In this document: piece after piece, positions 49,902 through 62,640 of the stretch
Layout: the number at the start of each line of letters is the position of its first letter
How positions within the stretch are numbered: position 1 is the stretch's first letter
DNA from: Holothuria leucospilota
Lineage: Eukaryota
NCBI GenBank assembly: GCA_029531755.1
Contig: CM055964.1
Span: 36,098,802 to 36,162,801, forward strand
Length of the DNA stretch: 64,000 nucleotides
Direction: 5' to 3'
Position numbers and translations under genes: made by a program
Notes under the pieces: generated by a model
What the model was told of the DNA's origin: nothing
The model's input: only the letters and a program-made list of their open reading frames with translations
Database searches by the model: none

Positions 49902-50069
49902 AAACCACTGATGTCCGAGAGCATATCATCGACAACGGTGTCGTGGGAGACTGCTTTGCCGATCAGTTCATTTGTGGTAACGGGATGTGCCTGCCACCAA
50001 GCTGGGAGTGTGATGAGCGAGTTGACTGTGAAGACGGAAGCGACGAGTCTGACAGCTGTAACTATGCCG
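49902..50069 (+). CDS. Exon encoding one canonical LDL-receptor class A (complement-type) module; 168 nt; phase 1 in and phase 1 out
   Basis: Acceptor cttttttccgacag|AAACC and donor GCCG|GTAATGT. The translation is ...[58 protein letters not shown], with six Cys in LDLa spacing and the DxSDE calcium cage. Confidence 0.75.
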
Positions 50070-51777
50070 GTAATGTAATTATGTCATTACATCACTACGT
50101 CATACGTCATTACGTCATATACAATTTTGCATATTGTAAAAGTTGATTTTTCGCTCCATCTTTTGCTACTATTTATTGTTTTTGTAAAGGAAGATGAATT
50201 TAAATGAGAACAGTGCCCAGATAACGCCGAAACCAATGCTATTTGTCTCTTCTTGAAAAGGCCAAATATTTCGACATGCCATAATACTGTTTGAAGCAGC
50301 CAAATGTACAGAACGAACGAAACAACGTTGTCAATACAAAATGAATTTGCACACGAACTTGCCTTTAACACAATGATGTAACATTTAACCACCGTACAAT
50401 TTACATAGCGAAATAGGTTCTGTACACCACCATACCGTATAATTTGACTCGGCGAAGCAGGTTTTCTACAAAAAAAAAAAAGGAAATGCTGCAAAATACG
50501 TACCATAGTGAAAACCAGTCGCGTCGCGTGGCAGCTAGACGGGTCCAAATTTTGTTCTCGACCCAAATGTCGGTCCCGATTGCTAGTTGTTTCTTTTTGC
50601 GTAGGATGTCGATGGAAAAATTGGTTTTCCAAAAATTTTTAAATTTGTTTCAAAATCAGATTAGATTTCAAAATAGGGTTAGATTTAAGGTTAGGGTTAC
50701 GTGGAAAAGGGATATTTGACCTGTTCTTTCATAATCCGGGGTCAGAATTATAAAAAAAAATAGTCGAAAAGTTGTTATTTTGGAATTAGGGGTGTGACCA
50801 ATTTCCAAGAAGCTGATTCGTCCATTGGCATGATTCTTCCATTTCCATCCTACGAGAAAAAAAAAAAAAACGCGCGTCCCTATTGCAATCCGACAGTAGT
50901 CGTCGCCACCCATTGGACTCCCAAACTGTGTGGTATCGTCACAGTTGAGTAGTAGTATGTAGCTGTCATCGACGCTACTGATCTCTAACAAGAGAGAGGT
51001 GAGTGATCGACCCATCTTCATGCGACCCAATTTTTCTCCTGTTGAATTGTCCAATGAAGAAGTGATTTCCAAATCAGACAACGTTCGCAGACAGTCATTG
51101 TGCTCGCTCCCATGTGTGAATGATAAACAGTAGATAGACACTACCTCGGCAGTGTGCTGTGTGTTAAGCTACAATTCGACTGCGACCCGGCCCACCTGAC
51201 CACGAATATTTACAACTCATCCCCGACGAGCATTTATGTTGATTTGCATCACAGTCCAAAAGGCTTTTACTTCGCAGTGTCGGACATGGTGTCTATGATT
51301 TCATGGCAGACAATTATGCATACAGTACTTCTAGTCTAGCGGCGAATTTGAAAAAGAGCTCTAAAAATTGTCTAACCCGGTACCGATTTGTAAAATATAG
51401 CGACTATGCTAAAACTATTGTTTATAATGTAACTTTAAATTTTAGGTTGGTTGTCACTTTTTAAAAGTTCCCGAACATGCAAATTTTCAAGGTCAAAGGT
51501 CAAAAAGGTCAATTTTTCAAAATTTCAGTATTTTTAACACACTTTAATATGACGAGACTTATAAAATGCTGTGAGTCAAAATGAACAATTTATACAGTCC
51601 TAAAGTGCTCAAAATGTAAGGAAAATAAAAGAATTATAAACTGTTTATAGAGTGTTTTCGTAGCCTTAAAAAAGAAATTTGAATAACGGACTTAGACACG
51701 TTGAACAGTCTGTTTTCAACACCTTTCAATTTCAGTTCTGGACCATTGGTGAAGAGTAAGAAGAAAAACGTCTAGAA

Positions 51778-52185
51778 CAGTGGTGGCGTCAGGTGGGGAG
51801 CAGGGGGCCATGGCCCCCCGTCGGGGAAATTTTCCGGTTTCGGGAAGCTACTATGTATACGATAAAATATGTAGTCCCTGACAACGGGCAGTCGCCCCAA
51901 CGATTTACTTAATTTTGGTCTAAATTTGGGCAAATTCTTCAATAAAACCCCCAGATTTTCCAAGTTTCTTCGTAAAAACCCAATTTTTTCAAATTTTCCG
52001 TGGTAAAAGCCCAACTTTTTCAATTTTTTCCATTCAGAGTTTGAAATTTTCGGCGCTCTTCGCGCGCCAAAATTTTACTTCAAACATCGTTTCGGCACTA
52101 CATCGCCCTCATCGAGGCTTCGGGTTGCTGGCCCCTCGTCGGGGGAGCTTGGTCCCCTGTCGGGCAAATCCTGGCTCCACCCCTG
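51778..52185 (+). mobile_element. hAT-like MITE of about 408 bp with TIR CAG(G)TGGTGGCG(C)CAGGTGGGG ... CCTGGCTCCACCCCTG and a central aaattttcggcgctcttcgcgcgccaaaatttt motif
   Basis: Collinear with 56383-56803. The flanking 8-mers are GTCTAGAA and GTCCAGAT, a 6/8 match. Confidence 0.7.
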
Positions 52186-52421
52186 GTCCAGATACAATCC
52201 CACGCGTTCTGTAAATTGTGGTCGAGTGATGTTTAAAATACAACCTTTGAATGTTTGTTTAGTTTTCGAACATAGTTTTAAGGTCAAGGGTCATTAAAGG
52301 TCGCACCTTTAAACTTGATCTGCATTTTACGTTTTTCCACATAAGGACCCTTCACAAAATCATGTGACTTCAAACAACATTTATTCAGATGTTTTAAAGC
52401 AACTTTGTCAGGGGTGAGGCC

Positions 52422-52790
52422 AGGTGGGATGAGGAGGCCATGGCCCCTTCGAGAAAGGTTGAGGCCTCGTCGGGAAAATTTTCTTATCTTTTTTAGGGAG
52501 AATGAGTGTGTGCGATGAAGTTTTTAATCTCCGACAGCGACTGGTTGTCCCAACAGTTTAGTTGAGTCACGGTACTCTCAAAGAAGGCTATTTTTCAAAA
52601 TAAATTGCAAACCTAATCTTTTGCATTTACTTCAATATAAAACCAAATTTTTAAATTAATTTACTTCAATAAAAACACCAAATAATTGAAATTTCTCCAC
52701 TAAAAGCCCCAAATTTGTGCCGCCCCAATAGCGCCGAAATGTTTATTCACCATCCTTCCATGCAGTAATCCGTCGCTTTTGTCCTAGTTT
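52422..52790 (+). mobile_element. Degenerate copy of the same MITE family
   Basis: It starts caggggtgaggccaggtgggatgaggaggccatggcccc...cgtcgggaaaat. The remainder is AT-rich and decayed. Confidence 0.4.
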
Positions 52791-54967
52791 TGGACCATGG
52801 CTTCCACCCCTACCAGTGTCGAGAACTTGCAATCCTTAAAATTAAGTGGGATATAATGAAAATATTTATAGGCCTACCATGAATTGTAGGCTATTTTCGT
52901 AGCTGTATCAGAGAAATTTGAATTTTTCTTTCGGTTGTTAGGATGTGTGGAACCATTGAATTGATTAGATTAGATGTGCGAAATCACATAGCCTAACTAA
53001 ATTAATTGACTAAATTATTTATTAAATACATTACGGTGTTTCTGTCATTGTAATAACTATTTGCCAACATGAACCAGATCAGCGAAAAGGGGTATGTTGT
53101 AGCAATATCCTATGCAAAAAGTAGATATTTGTTTAAATGTTTTCGGACGTGATGGTAAATTTTAGTAAGGCAGAAAGCGTCTTTGCTCGGGATGGCATAC
53201 AACTAATACATTTTACCGCTACAAACTGACAAAGTACGCTTTTACTTTGTTTCAACACACATTGTTCTCCTATCTTTTTATGAGAGCGAGTTGGAACATA
53301 GTCGCACTGGAACTTGGTCAGCCGGAGTTTGGAAAAAAAAAATCCTATTTCTCTGGCACATTTTGTGAAAATCCGGCCATTGGTCGGATTATAACAATTT
53401 GTCGGGCAAACGGCTTAGCCTCCTCCTCCCCCTAGAAAGTGTCCCTTACACCCATCGTAACTGTTACATGAATTTAATTCATTTTGTTTACAGGTAAATA
53501 AACCTTTAATAATTTGTGGTTACAGAGCAATATAATTAAAAGTTGTTTCCCTGTATTGGAAAGCCAGTGAATGATTCTTGCACCGATCTATGTTGTCTTC
53601 AAGTCTGGAAATGGAAATGGCACATATCCATAACAAGACTTGATTTTACTTGCAAAAAGAAAATCCTTTAAATAAAATAATTCGCAGTTCTCAAAAAATG
53701 ATTATGTTGAGATGAATTCAATGAAGCTTGTAGAGGGGCTGTTAATACGGTACAAATTCATATATGATCTAGCTTTCATTTTGGTAAAGTTATAAAGACA
53801 GTGTTTAGTAATCACAATTAGGGATTACGTGTTTAATTCCAGCCACATCTAGCATCGTGAGGGGGATATATAGAAAACAGGTTCCTTTCTAAGGACTGAT
53901 ATTATGCTTTTTGTCTAGCACAATATACGTTTTTGTCGACAAGTGATTGGAGGAAAGAAGCATTCAGCAAAATCGAGGGTTTTGTACACCAATTGTTCTT
54001 TTAGCCTTGCAACAAGCACATAAATTGGTTGGTTATATTACGGGTCAACCAGATTCAGATATAGCCTGAATGCAACCATGTGTTGACCACTCTGTTCGAA
54101 AATACAGGTCCATAGCTTAAAAGCAGTGGAGGGACCCACAAACATTAACGCCTGGGAGAAATTGTAGGAACAAAAATTACCTTTGTCTTTTATGTTAACA
54201 CACTTCTTGCCTTGAAAATGATTTTCCCTCTTACAGTCTGGGAACTTTCTCGCCCTCTCCAGCACGTTGTCTGGCTAAGGGCCTGGATGAAACTGGCTGT
54301 AAGAGGGTTTGGTGATTTGATTTTTCACATGCAGATGAAGGCAGTTTCAAATTGACAGGATACTCAAAATGCTTCTTTTTTAATAAAAGCAAAGAATTTG
54401 CTAATTGTTTACCGCTTTGACCCATAGGACAAGATTTTAGTGACACATTTTGAAGGTGGAGCATTGTATTTTATTACTCTTACATCTGATATGGGATTCG
54501 CAATTTTTATAATGAAAAAGTTCAGCTGTTCATCACTACCTTTCCTACTTACAAAGTGCATTCCGGCGTTTGTAATGACCATTCTGATTTTTTGCCTTCA
54601 GAATCACAACATGAAAACTGCCAGATGTATATTTTCCAACTCCATATAGTCTAAGGGCTTTAATAAAAGTATGGTCAGAAACCTCGTCTATATGAGAAAA
54701 TCTTAATTTTTTACCACAAATGATAACTTGAAAACACTGAAGAGAAACACCATTGCATTTTTTGCACGAAACATTTTTTCGTTAACCTTTCCAGATATGG
54801 TTTATAAATTTGACTAGTCTGCACATAGCTGACGGGTTTTTTTGTTTAGCCTTTCGCTACGGTTACCCAGTGTGGCAGAAGTTGAAGAGAGCCGCTATGC
54901 AGGCAAACATTCGACAGATCAATTTTATCCAAGAAGAGCATTATAGTGCAATGTAGAACTTATAACG

Positions 54968-55285
54968 ATCCATAGGCGTAGGAAGCTTTTCGCGACTGGG
55001 GGGCGGAATCTTGTTTCGGATCGCCGTCCTGGGGAGGGGTCTAAGGGAAGGGGGTTTGGTCCCCCTCCCCTGTGGAACATTTTTGGGTATTTAAGGGGCC
55101 TCAGATGCAATTTGGTGCAACATTTTGGACAAACTGTAAGGAAAATTACTGCAAATTTTTGACATTTCTTACAGAAGCTTTTTGCCCTTGGATCTGGGGG
55201 GGGGGGGCGGAAGCATACTTCAGCCACCTCACATTTTTGACTGGGGGCCCCCAGTCCCCCCGCTTCCTACGCCTATGTAACGATC
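54968..55285 (+). mobile_element. Short relative of about 320 bp of the 2.16-kb element's internal segment, bounded by inverted (A)ACGATC-CATAGGCGTAGGAAGC
   Basis: 54961-54986 is the reverse complement of 55262-55290. The interior matches 18700-18790 and 19100-19180 of the 2.16-kb element, including ggggaggggt.taaggg.agggggt, cccctcccct and cctacgcctatg. Confidence 0.45.
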
Positions 55286-56382
55286 TTACCTTGTCTTTAT
55301 TGAGAGACGCTTAACTCCATGTGGTAAAACATTCATAAGATGCATTAAAATATCATATCGTGTAAATTTGTAATGGGAAAAACTAAAAAAGGAAAAAAAA
55401 TAATGAAAATATTCAATGAAACCATAGTAAATATTGATAATTAAGGGTTTTATGCATTGATTGGAGTTCAGTGATGTTTATTGTAAATTTATTCAAAATA
55501 TTTACCACACTAGACTCAAGGTAAAGCCTCCCCTGAAGGTGAAGTACACATGTATAGTACCAAGATTGTTGAAGTTTGGGTGAAAATAGACTCGGGACCT
55601 TTGACCCTCCTAATTACCATGTTCGGGTAAATTTAAAAGGTGACAACCAACAGAAAATGAAAGCTGACATCCTAAGGAACATTTTAAGGGTAGGTGTCAA
55701 CTTTTACAAAGTTGTACCGGGGGGGTCGAAAATTTTCAGACTTCGCCGCTAGACTATTCCATTTTCCCGACAGACTGGATTTCTTCAAAAGACAATGGCT
55801 TACCGAATAGTATAGTCTGAGAGATACCTTCTGACACAGCCCTTAATAGACGGGTTGGGAAATTAGGTACTTACGGTCGGGCCACAAGGTCCAGGGGCGG
55901 ATGCAGGTTTTGACTAAAGGGGGGGGGGTGCGATATAGCTACTATCTAAGCGGAGCGCCACCATGAGTTGGCGCGAATTGTACAGAGAAAATTTTTGGTA
56001 CAGAAGACCCCCAGATTGCAGGAAATGGCATTTCCCACGCATTTCTTAGGCTCTTTGATCCGTACAAAAACAAGCTTTCATTGAAATTCCCTGTGTCAGA
56101 AATTTTATGATAAATGTCCTGTCAGAAAGTTGTCTCCCTCCTTGTGAGAGATGCATGCTATACAGCCCGATAACGATCTTGGGCGTCAGGAGTTCGGAGC
56201 ATTCAGTCATTTGTTGTGCTCTCTCTAGGCACTCACAGTGACTCACTCAAAGTTGCTCGCTTGTGCTCAATAAAGAAAATTTGGTTTCTCTTTTTGAAAT
56301 CTTTTGAAAGTATTTTGGTATTGGGGTCTTAAAATTAACTGGTAGGGTTAATCGCATGCATGGGATTTTTGTTGTCTCGCAA

Positions 56383-56803
56383 GGGTGGCGCCAGCGGGGG
56401 GCCAGGGGGGCCATGGCCCCCGTCGGGGAAGGCTGCCCCCCACCCCGTCGGGGAAATTCTTCGGTTTCGTCGGGGAGCTGTTATGTATACGATAAAATAT
56501 GTAGTCCCCGACAACGCCCAGTCGCCCGACGATTTACTTAATTTTGGTCTAAATTAGGGCAAATTCTTCAATAAAAACCCCAAATTTTCCAATTTTCTTC
56601 TTCAAAGCCCCATTTTTTTCAAATTTTCCATGGAAAATGCCGGCAATTTTTTCAAATATTCTCCAAAAAGAGCCCAAAATTTTCGGCGCTCTTCGCGCGT
56701 CAAAATTTTCCTTTATTTCATTCGTTGAGACTTTGGGTTGCCGCCCCCCCCCCCCCCGTCGGGGAGCTTGGCCCCCCTGTCGGGGAAATCCTGGCGCCAC
56801 CCG
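56383..56803 (+). mobile_element. hAT-like MITE copy (same family as 51778-52185). An inverted partial copy follows at 56826-56935
   Basis: It runs gggtggcgccagcggggggccagggggg...aaaattttcggcgctcttcgcgcgtcaaaatttt...cctggcgccaccc. Then ggttggcgccaggatttgcccaacggggg is the inverted end of another copy. Confidence 0.7.
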
Positions 56804-57059
56804 TTGTCTCGTTATCTAAGCGGAGCGCGACCATCGGTTGGCGCCAGGATTTGCCCAACGGGGGGGGGCAGACTCCCCGACGACGGGCCAGCGACCCGAA
56901 GCCCCGACAGCCATGATGTCGTCGAGGAATTGGTGAGGAAGAATTTGAAGAAAACTTGTGTACTAGATTATGACATTGCGGGGTATATATTTCATAATAT
57001 TTGTATATACTAGAGAAATATATTTCCGCCCTGATTTATCGTTTTTCCTAGAATCTAAA

Positions 57060-57880
57060 CTGTGAAATTTCAAAGCGCGCGAAATTTTTTGGATAGGTCT
57101 ACACTAAAAAGAATCTGTACTTATTTGAAGCATATATAGATATATAGGTCAATTGTCAAGGCAGTTGGGCCATATCGGGCATAACCTACGCTGAACTTCC
57201 CTCCTCGAGTCACTAGCAGTACCGCACGACAGACACAAGAGAATATTAACTAGGTTTAGCAAAGTAAGATGAAATGACCGACATTTACATAAATCCATGT
57301 ATTCTACTTATATTAAGTTACTTGTAAAGGTGGAAAGGGTTTGTACTATATTTAGCTATTAGTAACGGAACTGAGGAAGAGTGGACAAAGTGGACCGAAA
57401 ATGTTGGATTTTAACGTAGAAATGCCCCTTTTGAAAGCCAAAATAAGTAAACCGACCAGGTCGGTAGCGACAGCATTTTCCCGACAGGGGACCGGATCAT
57501 GCAGTGACCCGAAGTTCCGACAGCCCCTATGTCGAGGGGGTGGTAAGGAGGGGATATGAAGGAGCCTAAATATCCCAAGTCATTGCAGGGCATATTTTGC
57601 ATAATATCACTGAATACTTCATGAGCCGAGTTGCGCACTGATAGTGTACTTTTGAATCTGAAACGTAAAGTTGCAAAGCGCGCGAAGCGCGCGAATTTTT
57701 TTTGGTTTTACACAAAAAATATATGTAATCATTAAGAACAAAAAGAAAAAAGAAAAACTGTAGGGGTTGTAGACCACATCAGGGATAACATATATTTTAT
57801 CGAAACCACCTGGACTACCCTATGAAATGCCCAGACTTTTCTCCTTGAGTCGCTCACCAACTGACCGTACCGCATGACAC
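57060..57880 (-). repeat. Paralogue of the host repeat at 36944-38760, without the Foldback element. It carries an inserted MITE fragment at about 57430-57560
   Basis: See the matching segments listed for 36944-38760. Confidence 0.6.
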
Positions 57881-57989
57881 ACACAAGACAACAGCAAGTA
57901 GACTTTGCGATATGGGATGGAATTTACGACCTCTACCTACATGTTACTTGTTACGTTTGACAGGTCTTGTGCTATTTAGCAATGTATAA

Positions 57990-58242
57990 TGGAAGTACTG
58001 AAGAAACTGGAGTGACTCTACCGCGCGCCTAGCACGCCGAAAATTTTGGGTTCTTTTAAGGGATATTGTCGTCTTGAGAGCAAAAAACAGGTAAACCGTC
58101 GGGGCGACTTGTCGCCGTTTGGGGTCTACACACTTTACCGTATCGACTAAGACTCTCTGACTGTAAAAAAAACTGTAAAAAACTGTAAAACTTCCCCGAC
58201 GGGGGGCCATGCCCATCCCTGTCCCCCACCTGGCGCCATCAC
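57990..58242 (-). mobile_element. Partial hAT-like MITE copy in reverse orientation
   Basis: ccgcgcgcctagcacgccgaaaattttggg, then gtaaaccgtcggggcgacttgtcgcc, then cttccccgacggggggccatgccc, then cccccacctggcgccatcac. This is the reverse complement of the family layout. Confidence 0.5.
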
Positions 58243-60358
58243 TGCGAGGCGTGAACCAAGAAAAATTGACCCTTCTCAGATCTTACAATCTATACTTAGG
58301 CCATCTTCATGTTTCATGCTTTGTATGTTTGTCATTTCCATGGAAACGTTACGTTTCTTTGATACCCTCCCTTGCTGTACATACAACCATGTCGTCTAGA
58401 GGCACGAAGGAAAATATGCTAAAATACCACCTACAGGTCACTGGCACTTCCCATGAGCAAGAAACTCCAGGCAAACACCCACTCTTTTGCATGGAATAAT
58501 GTTTAAACGTGATCTTGGTCATAACGTACTCTTGGATAAAAAAGGAATATATCTTGTGTAACAAATGAAAGGGATTCAGTATATAAGCGAATTTTGGATT
58601 ATAATACCTTCCAGAACAATGGTAACTTCTTTAGATGTATGTTCCAACTGAACAGTCTAATTTTCCCTGGACGTCTTTACATCCAACGGATGTCCAAAGT
58701 ATGATTGGCCTTCGCGATTTCTGATTATATTAAGTGATTCCAATTCAACGACAACCACTTTCAGTCAACACAATATTTGAATTTATCAGCGAGAGTACAA
58801 GCGAAAAGCTGGAGTCGCGTTCCCATGTTTTAAAACAGAGTTAGGCACTACTGGACAACTGGATGCGATTTCATTGCATATGGGAACCAAGATTAGAGCT
58901 GGACCTCCTCTTGAAGGACTCACTGACTCTATAAGGATTTTGAATGAGAGAGAATCGGGACGATAGAAGGAAAAATACGCTGTCAGCAAACTTATAATTA
59001 TGGCATGTTAATTGCATTGTTTTAACTGAAAATAACCTTCAAAACATACCGGGGAAAATAAACAATATATTATACAAAATGAAAAAAATCCTCGAAAATC
59101 AAAGGGGGGGTTAAACCCCTACCCCCCCCCCCTTGGACCCGCCCCTGAGGTCAAGTGTACCATGACAACGGCAACACGTTTAGCTCTGCGTGCTCAACAT
59201 GCAATACCCGAGCTGGGACACTGTAAGCGTGATACACTTCACCTTTGACCCATTCCCATATTGCATTGCGTGGAAACACTTCCCAACTCGTCTATGTGTG
59301 ATTTCTTTCACAACAGTAGGCCTATGTAATAATTTCCCGACAAACAACCTAGTTTCCCAATGCAGCCAAATCCGAGAGCGGTTAAGTCTCTGGTTAAATA
59401 TACACACACCAATATGTGATCATAAAATTTCCCGACATATTTTAGCCCAAAATAACAGATATGTATCATTCATCCAAAGGAACTGGATGCACGAGGCTAC
59501 AATACCCACAATTATCTCATTTAGACCATTTATCGCTTTCTAATGTATGAGTGATAATGGACGACCACATACGGAAAGAAAAGTTAGCGTTTGTGAAGAA
59601 GTCTCACTTTTTTCTTAACTTTATATTGCAAGTTATCTTTTTTTCAATTTCAACCCATTTAGAGGGTAGTGAGAGGTTTCTGACCCCCGGAATCTACTTG
59701 AACCAACACAGTTTCCACGAAAATATTTTTCACTAAATTACGCTAACGAAAGGAAATGTGACAGTGCACATTTTTTAATGCCTTGCCTTCTTTCCGCCAA
59801 GTTATAACGTTACCACCACCAATACGAGTGTTCTTTGCCTGGCTTGTACAGACCAACACGCAGTGTTGTAGTGTGAGTACAGGACCAGGAGTATGGGAAC
59901 GGGTACCAGGTCGTGAGTACGGCAATACGGCGTACAATCGTGTTTCATTGTGCATATTGTTAGGCGTAGTACCACACTGGTATTAGTACGCAGAATATTT
60001 ACCTAACATATCCGAAATATTGTAAGGAGGAAAGTGATTTGTTTAAAGTTATTATCAATTAAATTTCATGCGTTTCTGAAATTGTATTTAGAATATGACA
60101 TTCCTCGCAGGCTGGATCAAACGTTCCCCAGGGCCTTATGCGGTCCTCGGGCACCGAGTTCCCCACTCCTGATTTAGAGCTTCTGTATTTAATAGTTAAA
60201 ACGGACTGTGAGATCACGAATTGTACCCTCGCTGAACAAAACTATGCTACGCAAAGTAGTGTATTTACTCAGTGTGCCTGCCGTTAAAGTAGCAGATTCA
60301 GCCGGCCACCCTTCTCGCAATCGATGCTTCTATCTGTTACACTTTTCTTAATTTTCAG

Positions 60359-60457
60359 AGTTCAAATGCTACGATGGGCAGATAATCAACGCGACTTCGG
60401 TTTGCAATGGAAGAGTCGATTGTTCCGACGGAGAGGATGAAAGGGATCGTTGTTCAA
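60359..60457 (+). CDS. Exon encoding a truncated 4-Cys LDLa-like module in which C1 and C3 are absent; 99 nt; phase 1 in and phase 1 out
   Basis: Acceptor ttttcttaattttcag|AG and donor TTCAA|GTAATTT. The translation is (E)FKCYDGQIINATSVCNGRVDCSDGEDERDRCS. An in-frame stop at 60349-60351 prevents upstream extension of the exon. Confidence 0.6.
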
Positions 60458-61882
60458 GTAATTTTTATACATTTTTATTACCGTCTCACCTGTAGGAGTA
60501 AGTAAAACCTTAGGTTGTGTCATTTTGTGTGAAGGGTACCATTCTGTAGAGGGCGCCATTTTGAAGCCTCATAATCGCTGTTGACACCGGTAAGAGTAGT
60601 CTCATGTCATACGACTCTTCGTGTCGTACGTCTGGAGAGTAAATAAACCATCATTTGCTCACTGACTTATCAAAATTACCATTTTTTATAATAAAATTTA
60701 CGCTTTCCTGAGTACCTTTTGATGTAGCCAAAAGAAAACAGCACCCAAAGCCTTAGTCAAAGACTACCCTGTGGCGAGAGTAATCTACATGGGTGTACAA
60801 GACAAGTAGGCAGAAAATTTGCAATTTCTGAGCAAAATTTACTCTATTTTTAGAGGGCAAACGTGCATAAAAATTTTGGTCAAGAGCTGACCCCATTACC
60901 GAGTTCGATCATTCGTATGCCCCATGAAATCTTGGAATAAACAGACTGAGCCCAACACATAGTTTATCATTATACGTTCCCCTACTTTTGTTCGTTTCCT
61001 ACATCTATTTGTGACCAGCCTAACTGCACGAAAATGCGGGTCTCCATCCTCATTTATGGCAGATTATAATACCACTTTTGGTGCCAAATAGACTCTAATT
61101 TATATGCAGTCTATGATACAAGACCACATAACCCTCTTTACATTTGTGATGGATTTTATAAAAAGATGATTCGACAATTTTCTAAAATGAGTTTAAACTC
61201 AAGTTTTGAAACACGTGTTGTAGGTACGGGTGTGTAATCATTTTCTCGACGATTCTGAGGATGTGCGCACGTGCAGTCGATGAAAGTCGTTACTGGGAAG
61301 TAAAGTCCAGCATGCTTATGTTTCTAAAGTTGCATATCCAGGGAGCGTTAGGGGCGCCCCCTAAAAAGAAGAATACGAATGGAAAAACAAAGGGTTACAA
61401 AGAAATGAAGTGAACGAGAACAGAAAAAGGATTAAAATGCTTACCGTATATTCTAGGCATTTTCACAACCAACATATATTTTAACATGATGATTGCGTTA
61501 AGACAGTAATCGGCATATTTACGTATGATAAATTTCAAAACTAAAATTTTAAAATATAGCACGTAACCTAAAGATGAACTTACAGCTATGTGTAAATATC
61601 TACAAAATGACATCTCAAAATAAAGAACTTTAGATTCAATAGTTGGAAAGTCTTGGAAGCGCTATTCCCAGCAAATGTTCGAGCCTTTCTTTTCCTTTTG
61701 CAAAACTTGTCACTCTTCTCGCCAAGAGGTGATGGAGCTCCGATTAAAGTCATAATCCACTCTGAAATATCCAAGAAACATCCTGCATGCACCGACCTGA
61801 TCTAGAGATAAGTAAAAAGTCCTTCGGCAGGAATTACTGTAACTATCAAGGCGAGATTTTTTTCTCTCTTTTCATGGAATAG

Positions 61883-62038
61883 GTACAAAATTAAAATGTG
61901 TTGAACTGATGTGCGCCGACAGAAGTCAGTGTTTTAGTCGAAAAGAACTTTGTAACGGTGTCGCAGTTTGCAACGACGGAAGTGATGAAGGTCTCTGTGT
62001 AAACCAACGGAGTCTTGGAAAATCTGCCGAAGAGGAAG
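61883..62038 (+). CDS. Exon encoding one LDLa module; 156 nt; phase 1 in and phase 1 out
   Basis: Acceptor ttttcatggaatag|GT and donor GAAG|GTATTTTG. The translation is (G)TKLKCVELMCADRSQCFSRKELCNGVAVCNDGSDEGLCVNQRSLGKSAEEE(G), with six Cys. Confidence 0.75.
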
Positions 62039-62640
62039 GTATTTTGCCTAACTTTTGCTCTTTCCCTATAGAACTATTTCACATGACGTCATATTTTGCT
62101 CACACCGCCATGTTGGGGGATACATGGATGGCCTTTTGTGAGTCTAGCACAATACGTACATGCGTGTGTAGAAGGGTGTGTTTACGTTGCTGTTCGTGCA
62201 GCAGTGTAGTTACCACTAGCTCTCCGACGTTGATAGATCAGTTTGCGTGCACGTGTACAAATGCGTCTCGCACAACCTCCAACATGGCCACCTTTGCGTT
62301 GCTATTAAAAACTTGAAGTTGGAGAAATGGGTCTATAGACGTTAAATATCGAATCTTAAATATATTATTCCATTTTTGTAAGTCCCCCTTTTGAATAAAT
62401 GGACGCGACCGGCTCCTTTGCTTCATTGGTCGGTTGATGTTTTATTCCACCAATAGTAAGCCGGCTCACTCTGACGTAGTGTAGCAGTACACAATTCATG
62501 TACACCCAAATTATTAGTCAGTAGATGTACAATTTTTGACCGAACTTACAGCCAGTTTGCATCCACGATCCCTCAAGTACAGAAAACTCAAAGCCCTTGG
62601 CCCCTTACCTCACCCATTACACAGATCTCTTTAAAGTGGA

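Noticed and set aside
54223-54305. Possible 64-nt plus-strand exon (ttccctcttacag|TCTGGG...ACTGGCT|gtaagag)
   Set aside because: The splice signals are good, but every frame is short or stop-containing and has no similarity. It is too weak to call without transcript data
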